Below, one piece after another: positions 49,922 to 60,340 of a DNA stretch of 64,000 nucleotides; within the stretch, counting starts at the first letter, position 1; each line of letters opens with the position of its first letter. The notes beneath the pieces were generated by a model. The model was not told the origin of the DNA, made no database searches, and worked only from the letters and a program-made list of their open reading frames with translations. Source of the DNA: Clostridia bacterium (GTDB lineage Bacteria > Bacillota > Clostridia > TANB77 > CAG-465); NCBI GenBank assembly GCA_045536565.1, contig JAZSNU010000020.1, positions 32,001 through 96,000 of the forward strand, given 5' to 3'. A program made the translations under genes and the position numbers.

Positions 49922-50275
49922 TTGGATAGAAAGGCAAAACTTTATGGAATATTAGATTACAGAATAATAATATGTATACTAGTATATTTTGCGGTATTAT
50001 ACAACATATTAAATCTTTTGGGAATATCAATGATATATATAGTATACATGTTAATTTTATCATTAATACCTCTTTTTGGACTATATTTTACTTTAAGTAA
50101 AGAAGACAATGTATTAGAAATTATTTCAAATATATTATCATATGTGTTTAAGCCTAAAATATATTTGCATATGTATAAAAACAATCAAAATGAATATATG
50201 ATATATAAAAGTAAAAGAGTATTAGTTGTAAAAAGAAATAATAAATGGTATAATTTAAAAAGTATATTTAAATAG
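49922..50275 (+). CDS. PrgI/VirB3-like small membrane protein
   Basis: KAKLYGILDYR, two TMs, then YVFKPKIYL; true start may be ATT at 49892. Confidence 0.6.
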   Translation: MDRKAKLYGILDYRIIICILVYFAVLYNILNLLGISMIYIVYMLILSLIPLFGLYFTLSKEDNVLEIISNILSYVFKPKIYLHMYKNNQNEYMIYKSKRVLVVKRNNKWYNLKSIFK

Positions 50276-50296
50276 TAATGTTTTGAGGAGAATTAT

Positions 50297-51274
50297 ATGA
50301 AGTGCGTTGAAAAAACAAAAATAGAAATGTCGGACATGCTTGTTCCTGATATATTTGTAACTAACTATATGATGGGGCTAGATGAACATTCTTTAAAGAT
50401 ATATCTATATATGAAGTTTATGGCTAAAAATGATATAGATATTAAAGAAGATCAAATAATTAAAAAGATAGGAATAAGTAAAGTAGAATATGAAAAAGCA
50501 ATGAAACTACTTGAATCAGAAGAACTTGTTGTAAAACTAGAAAATGGTTATAGTTTGGTGGATATTAAAGAATTAGAGTTAAATAAAACATATATACCAA
50601 AATTAAAACCAAAATCAGATAGTAGAAAAACAGCAGTAGAAAAGAAGAGAATAGCAGCGGCTTCTGCAATAAATGAAACATTCTTCCAAGGAATAATGAC
50701 TCTTGGATGGTATGTTGATATTAGTACATTGTTTGAAAAATACATGTTTGATGAAGATGTAATGATTGCACTTTTCCAATATTGTCAAGAAAGAAATGCG
50801 CTTAGAAAAAACTATGTTTTTAAAGTTGCTGAAACATGGTATAAAGGCAATGTAAAAACATTTGAACAATTAGAAAACTATTTAGAAGAACAAGATAGAA
50901 TAAATAAAATAAAGTCTAAGATAAAAAGAGCATTTGGTTTATCTAGAAACTTTACTGAATATGAGGAAGAACAAATTAATAAATGGCTAAATGAATATAG
51001 GTATGAATATGATGTTATTGAAATAGCATTAAAGAAAACAGTACAAAAGACAACGAATCCAACAATAAATTATGCCAATGCCATAATAACAAGTTGGCAC
51101 GAAAAAGGTTTAAAAACATTAACGGAAGTTCTAGAAGAAAATAACAAAGTAACTAAACAAATGGTAAGTAAAACTGCGGCTCAAAGCAAAAAAGTAATAA
51201 ATACTAATTTAAAACATAAAAATTATGAACAAAGGAAGTATGATGATTTAGAATCGTTTTATGATAATTTTTAA
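50297..51274 (+). CDS. dnaD: DnaD domain replication initiation protein (two DnaD/DnaB_2 domains)
   Basis: LVPDIFVTNYM..LKIYLY, YVFKVAETWY..VKT, YANAIITSWHEKGLKT, NYEQRKYD. Confidence 0.85.
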   Translation: MKCVEKTKIEMSDMLVPDIFVTNYMMGLDEHSLKIYLYMKFMAKNDIDIKEDQIIKKIGISKVEYEKAMKLLESEELVVKLENGYSLVDIKELELNKTYIPKLKPKSDSRKTAVEKKRIAAASAINETFFQGIMTLGWYVDISTLFEKYMFDEDVMIALFQYCQERNALRKNYVFKVAETWYKGNVKTFEQLENYLEEQDRINKIKSKIKRAFGLSRNFTEYEEEQINKWLNEYRYEYDVIEIALKKTVQKTTNPTINYANAIITSWHEKGLKTLTEVLEENNKVTKQMVSKTAAQSKKVINTNLKHKNYEQRKYDDLESFYDNF

Positions 51275-51286
51275 CCTATAAAAGGG

Positions 51287-52312
51287 GTGAGAATAATGGA
51301 TATAGACATATATAAAGAAATAAATAGACAATATGAACAAAAAAGAGAAGATGTAGAAACTAGCATTAAAAAAAGAAAAAGAGAACTTGAAGAAAAACTT
51401 CCTAAATATTCTGAACTTCAAAAAAGAAAGAATAAGGTGGCTATTGATTATGCGAGAGAAATACTTAAAAAATCAGGTATAGAAAGAGAAATAGCAGAAG
51501 AAAACATGAAGATTGAAATAGCAAAACTTCAAAGTGAAGAAGATAAATTATTAGTTAGTGAAGGTTATGAAGAAAGTTATTTGCTTCCAAAATATGAATG
51601 CGACATATGTAAAGACACAGGACATGTAATGACAGCAAAAGGCGAAAAATATTGTAAGTGTTTTATACAAAAAATTGTTGATAAAACATATAAACAATAT
51701 AACATGCTAAAAATAAATGAGGAAAACTTTAATACTTTTGATATAGGATATTATTCTGATAAAGTTGATAAAGAAAAATACAGAAGTGATATATCTCCAA
51801 GAGATAATATTGTTAAAATAAAACAAATAGCAGAGAAGTTTTGTAAAAATATAGATAAAGATGACCAAAAGAGCTTGTTATTTGTCGGAAATACAGGAAC
51901 GGGTAAAACATTTTTAAGTAACTGTATTGCATATGAATTAATAAACAATGGTTATACTGTGTTATATCAGACTGCTCCTATGCTTATGGATATGGCTATG
52001 GAATCAAAATATAATTATGAGAAAAAAGATGGCAGTAAAATGAAATATGAAAGTATATTTGATGTTGATCTTTTAATAATTGATGATTTAGGAACGGAAA
52101 CATTAAATAATAATAGATTTACTGAACTCTTTAATATTATAAATACAAGGCTTTTAAAAAGTAAAAAAACTATAATTTCAACAAATCTAATGCTTAATGA
52201 ATTAAGCGAGGAGTATGATGAAAGAGTAATGTCTAGACTTATTGGTAACTATACAATATGTAAATTCATTGGTGATGATATAAGATTTAAGAAGAAAAAG
52301 ATGGCTGAATAA
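51287..52312 (+). CDS. dnaC: DnaC/DnaI-type helicase loader ATPase
   Basis: CDICKDTG..CKC Zn site, GNTGTGKTFL, DLLIIDDLGTE, RVMSRL, GDDIR. Confidence 0.88.
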   Translation: MRIMDIDIYKEINRQYEQKREDVETSIKKRKRELEEKLPKYSELQKRKNKVAIDYAREILKKSGIEREIAEENMKIEIAKLQSEEDKLLVSEGYEESYLLPKYECDICKDTGHVMTAKGEKYCKCFIQKIVDKTYKQYNMLKINEENFNTFDIGYYSDKVDKEKYRSDISPRDNIVKIKQIAEKFCKNIDKDDQKSLLFVGNTGTGKTFLSNCIAYELINNGYTVLYQTAPMLMDMAMESKYNYEKKDGSKMKYESIFDVDLLIIDDLGTETLNNNRFTELFNIINTRLLKSKKTIISTNLMLNELSEEYDERVMSRLIGNYTICKFIGDDIRFKKKKMAE

Positions 52313-52422
52313 AACCATATGAAAGTAGATGTGAAACAAAACACTAAATTTTATTAGATTTTGTTTCACATTTTTAATATAGAAAAACAAGATACCAACT
52401 ATGTTGATATCTTGTTTTATTA

Positions 52423-54897
52423 TTACATATTATCCAAATTTAATTGGTCATCTTGTTCTTTTTCGGAGATAAGTTTTGCGATACTTACAACTTTTCCACC
52501 TTCTGATGTTCTCATAAGAGTTACACCTTGTGTGTTTCTACCTAGGACACTAATATCTTTTGCGTGTATTCTAATTATTACACCAGTACCAGTTATTATC
52601 ATGATATCATCGTCATCATCGACAATCTTAATACCTATTATGTGTCCTGTTTTTTCGGTAGTTTTGTATGTTAGTATTCCCTTACCAGCTCTTGATTGAG
52701 CACGATATTCATCTATTTCGGTACGCTTACCAAATCCATTTTCAGTTATTGCTAGTATGTATCCATTTTCGTTTGCAATTGGTTCCATTCCTATTACGAA
52801 ATCGTCTTTTCCAAGGTTCATTCCTTTAACACCCATTGAAGTTCTACCGCAAGATCTAACTTCTTCTTCTTTGAAACGAATAGATAGTCCTGATTTAGAT
52901 ACAAGAACTATATCATTTTGTCCATTTGTAATTCTAACATCAATTATTTCATCTTCATCTTTTAATGTTATACTTTGGATACCTGTTTTACGAATATTGC
53001 TATATTCATTAAGAGGAGTCTTTTTAACAAGACCGTTCTTAGTAGCCATAAGTACATATTCGTCATCTTTGAATTCTTTTACTGGAATAACTGCTGCTAT
53101 TTTTTCGCCTTGTGCAAGTTGAAGTAGATTTACAATAGCAGTACCTTTTGCTTGTCTAGAAGCCTCAGGTAAGTCATATGCTTTAAGTCTAAATACTTTA
53201 CCAGTGTTAGTAAAGAATAATATATAATCATGAGTAGAAGTTACAAAAATGTGCTCTATAAAGTCGTCTTCTCTTGTGCTCATTGCTGTTACACCTTTTC
53301 CGCCGCGTCTTTGTGATTTATATGCATCAGTTGCAATTCTCTTGATATATCCAAAGTGAGTCATTGTAACAACATTACTTTCTTCTTTAATAAGGCTTTC
53401 AATATCTATTTCACCTTCACCATGAGTGATTTTAGTTCTTCTTTCATCACCATAGCTTTTCTTTATTTCTTGTAATTCTTCTTTAATAATATTAAGAACT
53501 AATTGTTCATTTGCTAAGATAGCTTTTAATCTAGCAATTAATTCAACAAGGGAATTGTATTCTGCTTCGATTTTATCTCTTTGCAAACCTGTAAGTGTTC
53601 TTAATCTCATTTCAAGGATTGCATTTGCTTGAATTTCAGTTAAACCGAATCTTGTCATTAATCCATTTCTAGCTTCTGTATCATCCTTTGAAGATCTAAT
53701 TAATTTAACTATTTCATCGATGTGGTCAAGAGCTATTCTTAATCCTTCTAAGATGTGAAGTCTAGCTTCTGCTTTCTTCAAATCATATTTGGTTCTTCTG
53801 ATAACGATTTCTTTTCTGTGGTTAATGTAGTGATAAAGCATATCTTTAAGTGGTAATACCTTAGGTTCGTTATTTACAAGTGCTAAGTTTAATATACTAA
53901 ATGTGTTTTGTAGTTGTGTGTGTTTATATAGCAAATTAAGAACAACATTTGGATTAGCATCTCTTTTAAGTTCAATAACTATTCTAAGACCAGATCTATC
54001 AGATTCATCTCTTAGGTCAGAAATACCAACTATAACTTTTTCACCAACTAATTTTGCGATATGCTCAACAAGTGCCGCTTTATTTAATTTATATGGTATT
54101 TCGCTTATTATTATCTTATATCTACCTCTATTATCTTCTTCTATTTCTGCTTTACCTCTTAAACATATTTTACCTTGACCAGTCTCGTAAGCTTTTTTAA
54201 TTCCTTCTTTACCAACTATGATTCCTCCTGTTGGGAAGTCTGGCCCTTTAATATGCGCCATTAATTCATCAGTTGTTATATCAGGATTATCAATCATAGC
54301 ACATGTGCCATTAATTACTTCTGATAAATTATGTGGTGGAATGTTACATGCCATACCAACTGCTATACCATAAGAACCATTAACAAGTAGGTTAGGTATT
54401 TTAGATGGAAGTACGGTAGGTTCCATTATTCTTTCATCATAGTTAGGTGTATAATTAACCGTTTCTTTATCAATGTCTGTTAACATCTCAACTGCTATTT
54501 TATGAAGTTTTGCTTCTGTATACCTCATAGCAGCAGGTGGGTCATTATCTATTGATCCAAAGTTACCATGACCGTTTACAAGTGGGTATCTAAGCGAGAA
54601 ATCTTGTGCAAGACGCACAAGTGCGTCGTATACTGATGCATCACCATGTGGATGGTAATTACCTAAAACATCACCAACGATACCGGCACATTTTCTGTAT
54701 GCTTTGTCAGGCCAAAGTGCAAGTTCACTCATAACATAAAGTATTCTTCTATGAACTGGTTTTAGACCATCTCTAACATCAGGAAGTGCACGAGAAACGA
54801 TAACACTCATGGCGTAATCTATATATGACTTTTTCATTTCGTTTTCTAAGTCTACTGGTATTATTTTTCCTTCGTTTAAAAAATTATTATCGTCCAT
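52423..54897 (-). CDS. gyrA: DNA gyrase subunit A
   Basis: [29 protein letters not shown], GyrA box QRRGGKG, C-terminal pinwheel repeats. Confidence 0.98.
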   Translation of the reverse strand: MDDNNFLNEGKIIPVDLENEMKKSYIDYAMSVIVSRALPDVRDGLKPVHRRILYVMSELALWPDKAYRKCAGIVGDVLGNYHPHGDASVYDALVRLAQDFSLRYPLVNGHGNFGSIDNDPPAAMRYTEAKLHKIAVEMLTDIDKETVNYTPNYDERIMEPTVLPSKIPNLLVNGSYGIAVGMACNIPPHNLSEVINGTCAMIDNPDITTDELMAHIKGPDFPTGGIIVGKEGIKKAYETGQGKICLRGKAEIEEDNRGRYKIIISEIPYKLNKAALVEHIAKLVGEKVIVGISDLRDESDRSGLRIVIELKRDANPNVVLNLLYKHTQLQNTFSILNLALVNNEPKVLPLKDMLYHYINHRKEIVIRRTKYDLKKAEARLHILEGLRIALDHIDEIVKLIRSSKDDTEARNGLMTRFGLTEIQANAILEMRLRTLTGLQRDKIEAEYNSLVELIARLKAILANEQLVLNIIKEELQEIKKSYGDERRTKITHGEGEIDIESLIKEESNVVTMTHFGYIKRIATDAYKSQRRGGKGVTAMSTREDDFIEHIFVTSTHDYILFFTNTGKVFRLKAYDLPEASRQAKGTAIVNLLQLAQGEKIAAVIPVKEFKDDEYVLMATKNGLVKKTPLNEYSNIRKTGIQSITLKDEDEIIDVRITNGQNDIVLVSKSGLSIRFKEEEVRSCGRTSMGVKGMNLGKDDFVIGMEPIANENGYILAITENGFGKRTEIDEYRAQSRAGKGILTYKTTEKTGHIIGIKIVDDDDDIMIITGTGVIIRIHAKDISVLGRNTQGVTLMRTSEGGKVVSIAKLISEKEQDDQLNLDNM

Positions 54898-55111
54898 AAA
54901 ATCCTCCTATACAATTAATGCTATTATATACAAAAAAATAAGAAAAATCAAGGAAAAACTATTATTTTTTGACATGTAAATACAAAAAACACAATATGTT
55001 AGTAATAATTAAATATAATGTAAATATGTCTTGAAAAAATAGATAATTATGATATAATTATGCAAAAACAAACCTAAAAATGTAATATTTTAAAGTAGTA
55101 AAGAGGTAGTT

Positions 55112-56074
55112 ATGAAACAAAAAGATTATTATAAATTATTAGGCGTAAACAGAAAATCAAGCCAAGAAGAAATAAAAAGTAATTTTAGAAAATTAGCAAA
55201 AAAATATCATCCAGATGCAAATGTTGATAATAAAGATGCAGAAGAAATGTTTAAAGATTTAAATGAAGGCTATAATATATTAATGGATAAAGAGAAAAAA
55301 AGAAAATATGATAGACAAGTAGCAAAATATGGATATGGGAATGTTGACATTGGTTTTGCAGGAAATGATACAAGAAGTGTTAATGGTGTTGTAAGTGAAA
55401 TAATGAGTACTATTCTTGGTATAAGCAGAGATACTAAGGACAAAGTTATTGCAGCGGCTGAAAATGTAAAAGATGATATAAAAGAAAAAATTGCTGAACA
55501 AAAAGAACCTAAAAAAGGTGAAAATATAGAAACAACATTATATGTTACAATTGAAGAAGGATTTTTTGGGGCTGAGAAAAAAATATCTTTTAAGACAACT
55601 CGTGGTTCAATGAAAAATTATAGCGTAAATGTTCCAATGGGTATAAGAGATGGAGAAAAAATAAGATTATCTGGGCTTGGAAAACCTGGTAAAAATGGTG
55701 GTAAAAATGGTGACCTTATAATCTTAGTAAAACTTAGACCACATCCAATGCTTAGACTAGAAGGCGCAGACATTCAAACAACACTTAAAATAAGTCCTGT
55801 TCAAGCTATTATAGGAGATTCTTTGCAATTAAAAATATTTGGTGAAAAAGTTCAAATAGTTATACCTAAAAACAGTAAAACAGGTGATAAAATAGAAATT
55901 ATAGCAAAAGGATATGTTGTAAATCAGAACACAAGGGGTAACCTTATTGCAAATATAGAAATAGCGATGCCTGAAAGTATAACAGAAAGAGAAGAGAAAC
56001 TTTACCAACAATTGTTAAAAGTAGAAAAACAAAAACTAAAAGCAAAAGTTACTGCTGAAAACGAAAATAAATAA
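55112..56074 (+). CDS. DnaJ-class chaperone without zinc finger (CbpA-like)
   Basis: DYYKLLGV, KYHPD, C-terminal GEKIRLSGLG...NGDL; no CxxCxGxG repeats. Confidence 0.88.
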   Translation: MKQKDYYKLLGVNRKSSQEEIKSNFRKLAKKYHPDANVDNKDAEEMFKDLNEGYNILMDKEKKRKYDRQVAKYGYGNVDIGFAGNDTRSVNGVVSEIMSTILGISRDTKDKVIAAAENVKDDIKEKIAEQKEPKKGENIETTLYVTIEEGFFGAEKKISFKTTRGSMKNYSVNVPMGIRDGEKIRLSGLGKPGKNGGKNGDLIILVKLRPHPMLRLEGADIQTTLKISPVQAIIGDSLQLKIFGEKVQIVIPKNSKTGDKIEIIAKGYVVNQNTRGNLIANIEIAMPESITEREEKLYQQLLKVEKQKLKAKVTAENENK

Positions 56075-56110
56075 AATACGGAATCTTTATGATTCCGTAT
56101 TTATAATATG

Positions 56111-56680
56111 TTACATGATTTTTTCTTTTCTTAAAATCTTAAAAAAAGAAAACACATTAACTATTTTTTCTTTGATTTTAGTAAATGTTATACTAGGACT
56201 TTTATCTTCCATAATAGTTGGTGGAGTAGAATCAAATCCATATCTTTTCATAATTGATTTTTCGATGTCTGGATAAATTTTTAGGTAGTATGTACCTTTA
56301 ATATCAGTATCCCACTCGTCTTTGTCGTTTGTAAAAGCAATGTTTATATTTGTATTTGGTAAATCAGGGATATCTATTATACAGCAATAAGATAAGGTTG
56401 AGTTCTGATTACATATATTCATGTTTACAATTTTTTTGTCGCTCCAATTATTGTCGTAACAATAATATAAATAAAGGTTTGGCGCTTTATCTTTGTTTGA
56501 TCCAGATATCTCAATATTTTTTAATAATTTTCCGTTATAATTTAAAAGAACACTTTTTCCTTGCATTAAATTTCCATAGATGCAAAAACTATCATTAGAC
56601 ATGGATTTTGTAAATATTCCTTTCTTTATTGCTTCATTGCAAGCACACTTTCTTTTAGGATTTTCATCAAATAACTGCAT
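56111..56680 (-). CDS. Protein with a carbohydrate-binding module-like domain (CBM25/53-like)
   Basis: YNGKLL...LYLYYCYDNNW...INIAFTNDKDEWD...Y; ATG after GGAGG. Confidence 0.55.
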   Translation of the reverse strand: MQLFDENPKRKCACNEAIKKGIFTKSMSNDSFCIYGNLMQGKSVLLNYNGKLLKNIEISGSNKDKAPNLYLYYCYDNNWSDKKIVNMNICNQNSTLSYCCIIDIPDLPNTNINIAFTNDKDEWDTDIKGTYYLKIYPDIEKSIMKRYGFDSTPPTIMEDKSPSITFTKIKEKIVNVFSFFKILRKEKIM

Positions 56681-56906
56681 ATAAACACCTCCAATTACAT
56701 TGTTTGACAACATTATAATAAACTCAGCAAAACAAATAAACATAATAGACAAAAGAGTAAAAAAAACTACAAAATTAGCACATGAGTTACAAAAAATAAC
56801 AAGATTAATAACCATTTTTTAACAATATACATAAATTTCAACACAAACAGTTGAAAAAAGTTATAAAAATATGTTAAGATACATATGTCTAATAGGGAGG
56901 ATATAT

Positions 56907-58862
56907 ATGTCAAAATCAGATAAGTCAAAGAAAAAAAATAATAAACAAGAAATACAAAAAGAGACAGATATATATGTAAATGAAGAAATTATAGAAAATA
57001 AAGAGGTAGAATTTTCAGAAGAACCAGTTAAAGTTTCCGATAATGAAGCAATAGATAGGGTAGTTGAAGAATATAACGGAGAAATAAAAAAAGAAGAAAA
57101 GGAAGAAAAAAGAATTAGAGTTAGAGACGGAGCAGAAGTTGCTAAAACTCGTAAATCAAACAAAAAGGTTATAATAGTTACACTATCAGTAATTTTAGCT
57201 ATGATTATAGCATTTATTTCACTTGCTGTGATTAACAAAATGAATGAAAATGTATATAGAAATGTATACTTGAATCAAAAGAATTTAACAGGTATGACAA
57301 GTTCACAGCTAACTGATTATTTGAAAGGCGAACAAGAAAAATTAGCAAAGACGACTCTAAAAATATATCAAGGGAATGAAGAGATATTAGAAATAGTACC
57401 ATCAGATATTGACTTTGAAATCGATGCTGCAAAAGTAGAAAAAGATGTTTTTGGGTTTGGTAGAGATTCTAATATTGTTAAGAATAATATTGATATATTT
57501 GTAGCATTAATTGCAAAAAAAGAATATGACATGTCATATAAATATGATGTTAATAAACTTTCAGAAATTGTAAAAGAAATAAAGGAAACTATTGCTGAAA
57601 AGGTTATTGATGATAGTTATATTGTTGATGAAACACAATACAAACTGATAATAACAAAAGGTAAGTCTGGAAATACAATTGACGAAACAATTGTAAAAAA
57701 TAAAATAATATCATCACTTGCAAATTGTATGGGTGAATACAAACTTAATATTATAAATGGAACTCCTGCTAATCTTGATGTTGATGTTGTATATTCAAAT
57801 GTTAAGAGGGAGCCGAAAGATGCATATATAGACAAGTCAACAACTGTATATAAATTTGTGCCACATCAAGTAGGATTAGATTTTGATAAAGAAGAATTAA
57901 AATCAATACTTGAAAAAGAAGAAAACAAAGTTGAAGGAAAAGTAATAGAATATTCTTTAAAAGTAGTAGAGCCAGAAGTGAAAACATCAGACATAAAATG
58001 GGAACTATATGAATATCAAATAAGTTCGTTTACTACATATTTTTCAACAGCAGATTCAAACAGAGTAAATAATCTAAGAGTAGCATTGAATTTATTAAAT
58101 GGAAAAGTTATAATGCCAGGAGAAGTATTCTCATATAATAGCGTAGTTGGTGGCGCAACTACTGCACAGGGCTTTAAACCAGCGGCTACATTTGTAGGAG
58201 GTAGAGTTGTAAATGAAGTAGGAGGAGGAATTTGTCAAACAGTTTCTACTTTGTATAATACAGCGTTACTTGCAAATCTAGAAATAGTACAAAGAAAAGC
58301 ACACAGCCTGCCAGTTGGATATGTTCCGGGAAGTAGAGATGCAACTGTATATCATCCGTCCATCGACTTTAAATTTAAAAATACGAGAGAATATCCAATA
58401 AAAATAGTTACAAGTTTTAACAAAAATGGAAGTTTAACAATTTCTCTATACGGAACAAAACAGCAAAATGAATATGTTGTAAGTATTACTTCAAAAAATA
58501 CAGGAACAATACCTTATACTACTCAGTATATTGAGGATAGTTCAATGGAAAAAGGTAAAGAAGTAGTTGTGCAAAATGGAACAAATGGATATACATCAGA
58601 ATCATACATAACTAAAAAATTAAATGGGAAAGTAGTTTCAACTACACTTCTTTCAAAAGATACATATAAAGCTGTTGCTAAAATTGTTAGAATAGGAACA
58701 AAAGTTGTATCTGCTCCAAGCGTAACTCCACCTGCAAGTACAACACCACCAGTAGCAGAGCCAGTAACTCCACCAGCAGATAATAACACTACAACACCTG
58801 AGGCACCGGAAAGTGGAAATAACACAAACACAGGAAATACTGGTGCAGAAACTAATAATTAA
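56907..58862 (+). CDS. VanW + G5 domain protein with peptidoglycan-binding region
   Basis: TM; NRVNNL, PGEVFSYN, GGGICQTVSTLYN, YVPGSRDATV; G5 (VVQNGTNGY...VRIGT); Pro/Thr tail. Confidence 0.9.
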   Translation: MSKSDKSKKKNNKQEIQKETDIYVNEEIIENKEVEFSEEPVKVSDNEAIDRVVEEYNGEIKKEEKEEKRIRVRDGAEVAKTRKSNKKVIIVTLSVILAMIIAFISLAVINKMNENVYRNVYLNQKNLTGMTSSQLTDYLKGEQEKLAKTTLKIYQGNEEILEIVPSDIDFEIDAAKVEKDVFGFGRDSNIVKNNIDIFVALIAKKEYDMSYKYDVNKLSEIVKEIKETIAEKVIDDSYIVDETQYKLIITKGKSGNTIDETIVKNKIISSLANCMGEYKLNIINGTPANLDVDVVYSNVKREPKDAYIDKSTTVYKFVPHQVGLDFDKEELKSILEKEENKVEGKVIEYSLKVVEPEVKTSDIKWELYEYQISSFTTYFSTADSNRVNNLRVALNLLNGKVIMPGEVFSYNSVVGGATTAQGFKPAATFVGGRVVNEVGGGICQTVSTLYNTALLANLEIVQRKAHSLPVGYVPGSRDATVYHPSIDFKFKNTREYPIKIVTSFNKNGSLTISLYGTKQQNEYVVSITSKNTGTIPYTTQYIEDSSMEKGKEVVVQNGTNGYTSESYITKKLNGKVVSTTLLSKDTYKAVAKIVRIGTKVVSAPSVTPPASTTPPVAEPVTPPADNNTTTPEAPESGNNTNTGNTGAETNN

Positions 58863-58888
58863 AAATAATAAATATGTAAATATAAAAC

Positions 58889-58918
58889 AAGCTCTCTACA
58901 TAAAAAGTAGAGAGCTTT
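58889..58918. terminator. Bidirectional terminator between convergent genes
   Basis: AAGCTCTCTAC-ATAAAAA-GTAGAGAGCTT. Confidence 0.7.
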
Positions 58919-58933
58919 GCTATATAATCTAAT

Positions 58934-59962
58934 TTATAAAGAAGATGCTTGTATTGCTTTTGCACCATCATAATTTTCTTTTATACATTCTATAAATTTA
59001 TCTGCTAGCATAGGGTCAAATTGTTTTCCTTTACCTTTTGCTATTTCCTCTAACCCAAATTCTATTGTTGTTGCATCTTTATATGGCCTTTTAGCAGTTA
59101 TAGCATCAAAAGAATCACATATAGTAAGGATTCTAGTTAGATATGGGATTTCATCTCCTCTTAATCCAGAAGGATATCCTAAACCATCATATTGTTCATG
59201 GTGGTATTTAATTAGAGGAAGCGCATCTTTAAAAATTTCAGATGTAGATAATATGTTTGTTCCAATTAAAGTGTGTAATTTCATATGGTTGTATTCTTCG
59301 TCTGTTAATTTTGTACTTTTTAAAAGAATTGTATCTGCTATTCCTATTTTTCCGACATCATGGAATTGAGCAGCAAGTACAAGTGTATTTAGTTCATCGC
59401 TATTTAAGTTTAAATAATTTCCAAACATTGTTGAATATTTAGCAACTCTATCTGAATGATCTTTGGTAAAGTTGTCTTTCGCACCAACTGTATTTTTAAG
59501 GATGTCTGCAACTTCAATTGCGTGTAGCTCGATTGTATGAGCCATTTTTTTTACATTTTCTAAACTAGCTATATATTTAAATCCGCTTTCAATCAAAAGA
59601 ACTAATTGATCAAATCTTGAACTTTTTTCAAAATATGCTTGTATATCCAAAGAACGCATTGTATCTATAGAAGGAGTTAGTTCTTTGTGGGCTGACATCA
59701 AGATTATATAAATTTCTTTGTTAAATTCTCTAACAAGTTTAACTATTTCATCTCCTCTTACAGGGTTCATCAAGTAATTTATAATAAGTATATCATATTG
59801 ATTGTTTTTTAAGTTTTCGAGTGCAGTTATTGCCTCTGTAAAAGGGCTAACTTGTATATTATATTTCTTTAAAACGACGCTCATAGCATCCATCATCCCT
59901 ACATCGTCGTCAATTACCATTACTTTGCTTTTTCTGCCTGTAACTTGCTCTAATTCGTTCAT
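58934..59962 (-). CDS. Receiver domain + HD-GYP phosphodiesterase
   Basis: VMVIDDD N-terminal REC; HSDRVA, FHDVGKIG, HHEQYDGLGYP, DSFDA, QFDP. Confidence 0.9.
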   Translation of the reverse strand: MNELEQVTGRKSKVMVIDDDVGMMDAMSVVLKKYNIQVSPFTEAITALENLKNNQYDILIINYLMNPVRGDEIVKLVREFNKEIYIILMSAHKELTPSIDTMRSLDIQAYFEKSSRFDQLVLLIESGFKYIASLENVKKMAHTIELHAIEVADILKNTVGAKDNFTKDHSDRVAKYSTMFGNYLNLNSDELNTLVLAAQFHDVGKIGIADTILLKSTKLTDEEYNHMKLHTLIGTNILSTSEIFKDALPLIKYHHEQYDGLGYPSGLRGDEIPYLTRILTICDSFDAITAKRPYKDATTIEFGLEEIAKGKGKQFDPMLADKFIECIKENYDGAKAIQASSL

Positions 59963-60039
59963 ATATGACCTCCGTATATTATACCAAGTTAATTATATCA
60001 AATATGAAAAAAATATACAACAACAATTTTAATAATATT

Positions 60040-60252
60040 TTAGTTTAATCTAAAAGTTCCAAGAGTCACCGCAAAATCATTAGGATATACTGTTATTGCT
60101 TCAACTGTTAAATTACCTGTAAGAAGTAATAATATAACAAGCAATTTATTTAAATCTAAATCATTAAAAGGATTATTAGATGATATATTATTAAAATGAT
60201 TTTGAGAATTATTTATAAATGGAAGGTCAAGGCTATTTAGAAAATCGTTCAT
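60040..60252 (-). CDS. Small hypothetical protein
   Basis: 70 aa; RBS AGGTG; hydrophobic LLVILLLLTGNL.V..I motif. Confidence 0.5.
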   Translation of the reverse strand: MNDFLNSLDLPFINNSQNHFNNISSNNPFNDLDLNKLLVILLLLTGNLTVEAITVYPNDFAVTLGTFRLN

Positions 60253-60340
60253 AAAAAATCACCTATTAAAATATACTCTTCTTATTGAATTATTATACAC
60301 ATCGTAGTATAATAACTTAGGTAAAGGCAAGGGTGAATAT

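Noticed and set aside
44879-52312. An ICE integrated at tRNA-Thr spanning the T4SS genes
   Set aside because: No integrase, relaxase or duplicated tRNA 3' end seen, and the region runs into housekeeping dnaD-dnaC.
50297-52312. Prophage replication module (DnaD + DnaC)
   Set aside because: The double-DnaD protein with a Zn-site loader matches the standard clostridial chromosomal pair, and no phage genes are adjacent.
52329-52372. parS half-sites GTGAAACA and TGTTTCAC
   Set aside because: They are in the wrong order and about 22 nt apart, forming the stem of a terminator hairpin between convergent dnaC and gyrA.
58710-58860. GC-richer repetitive stretch at the end of the VanW gene
   Set aside because: Explained by a Pro/Thr/Asn low-complexity protein tail (VTPPA repeats).
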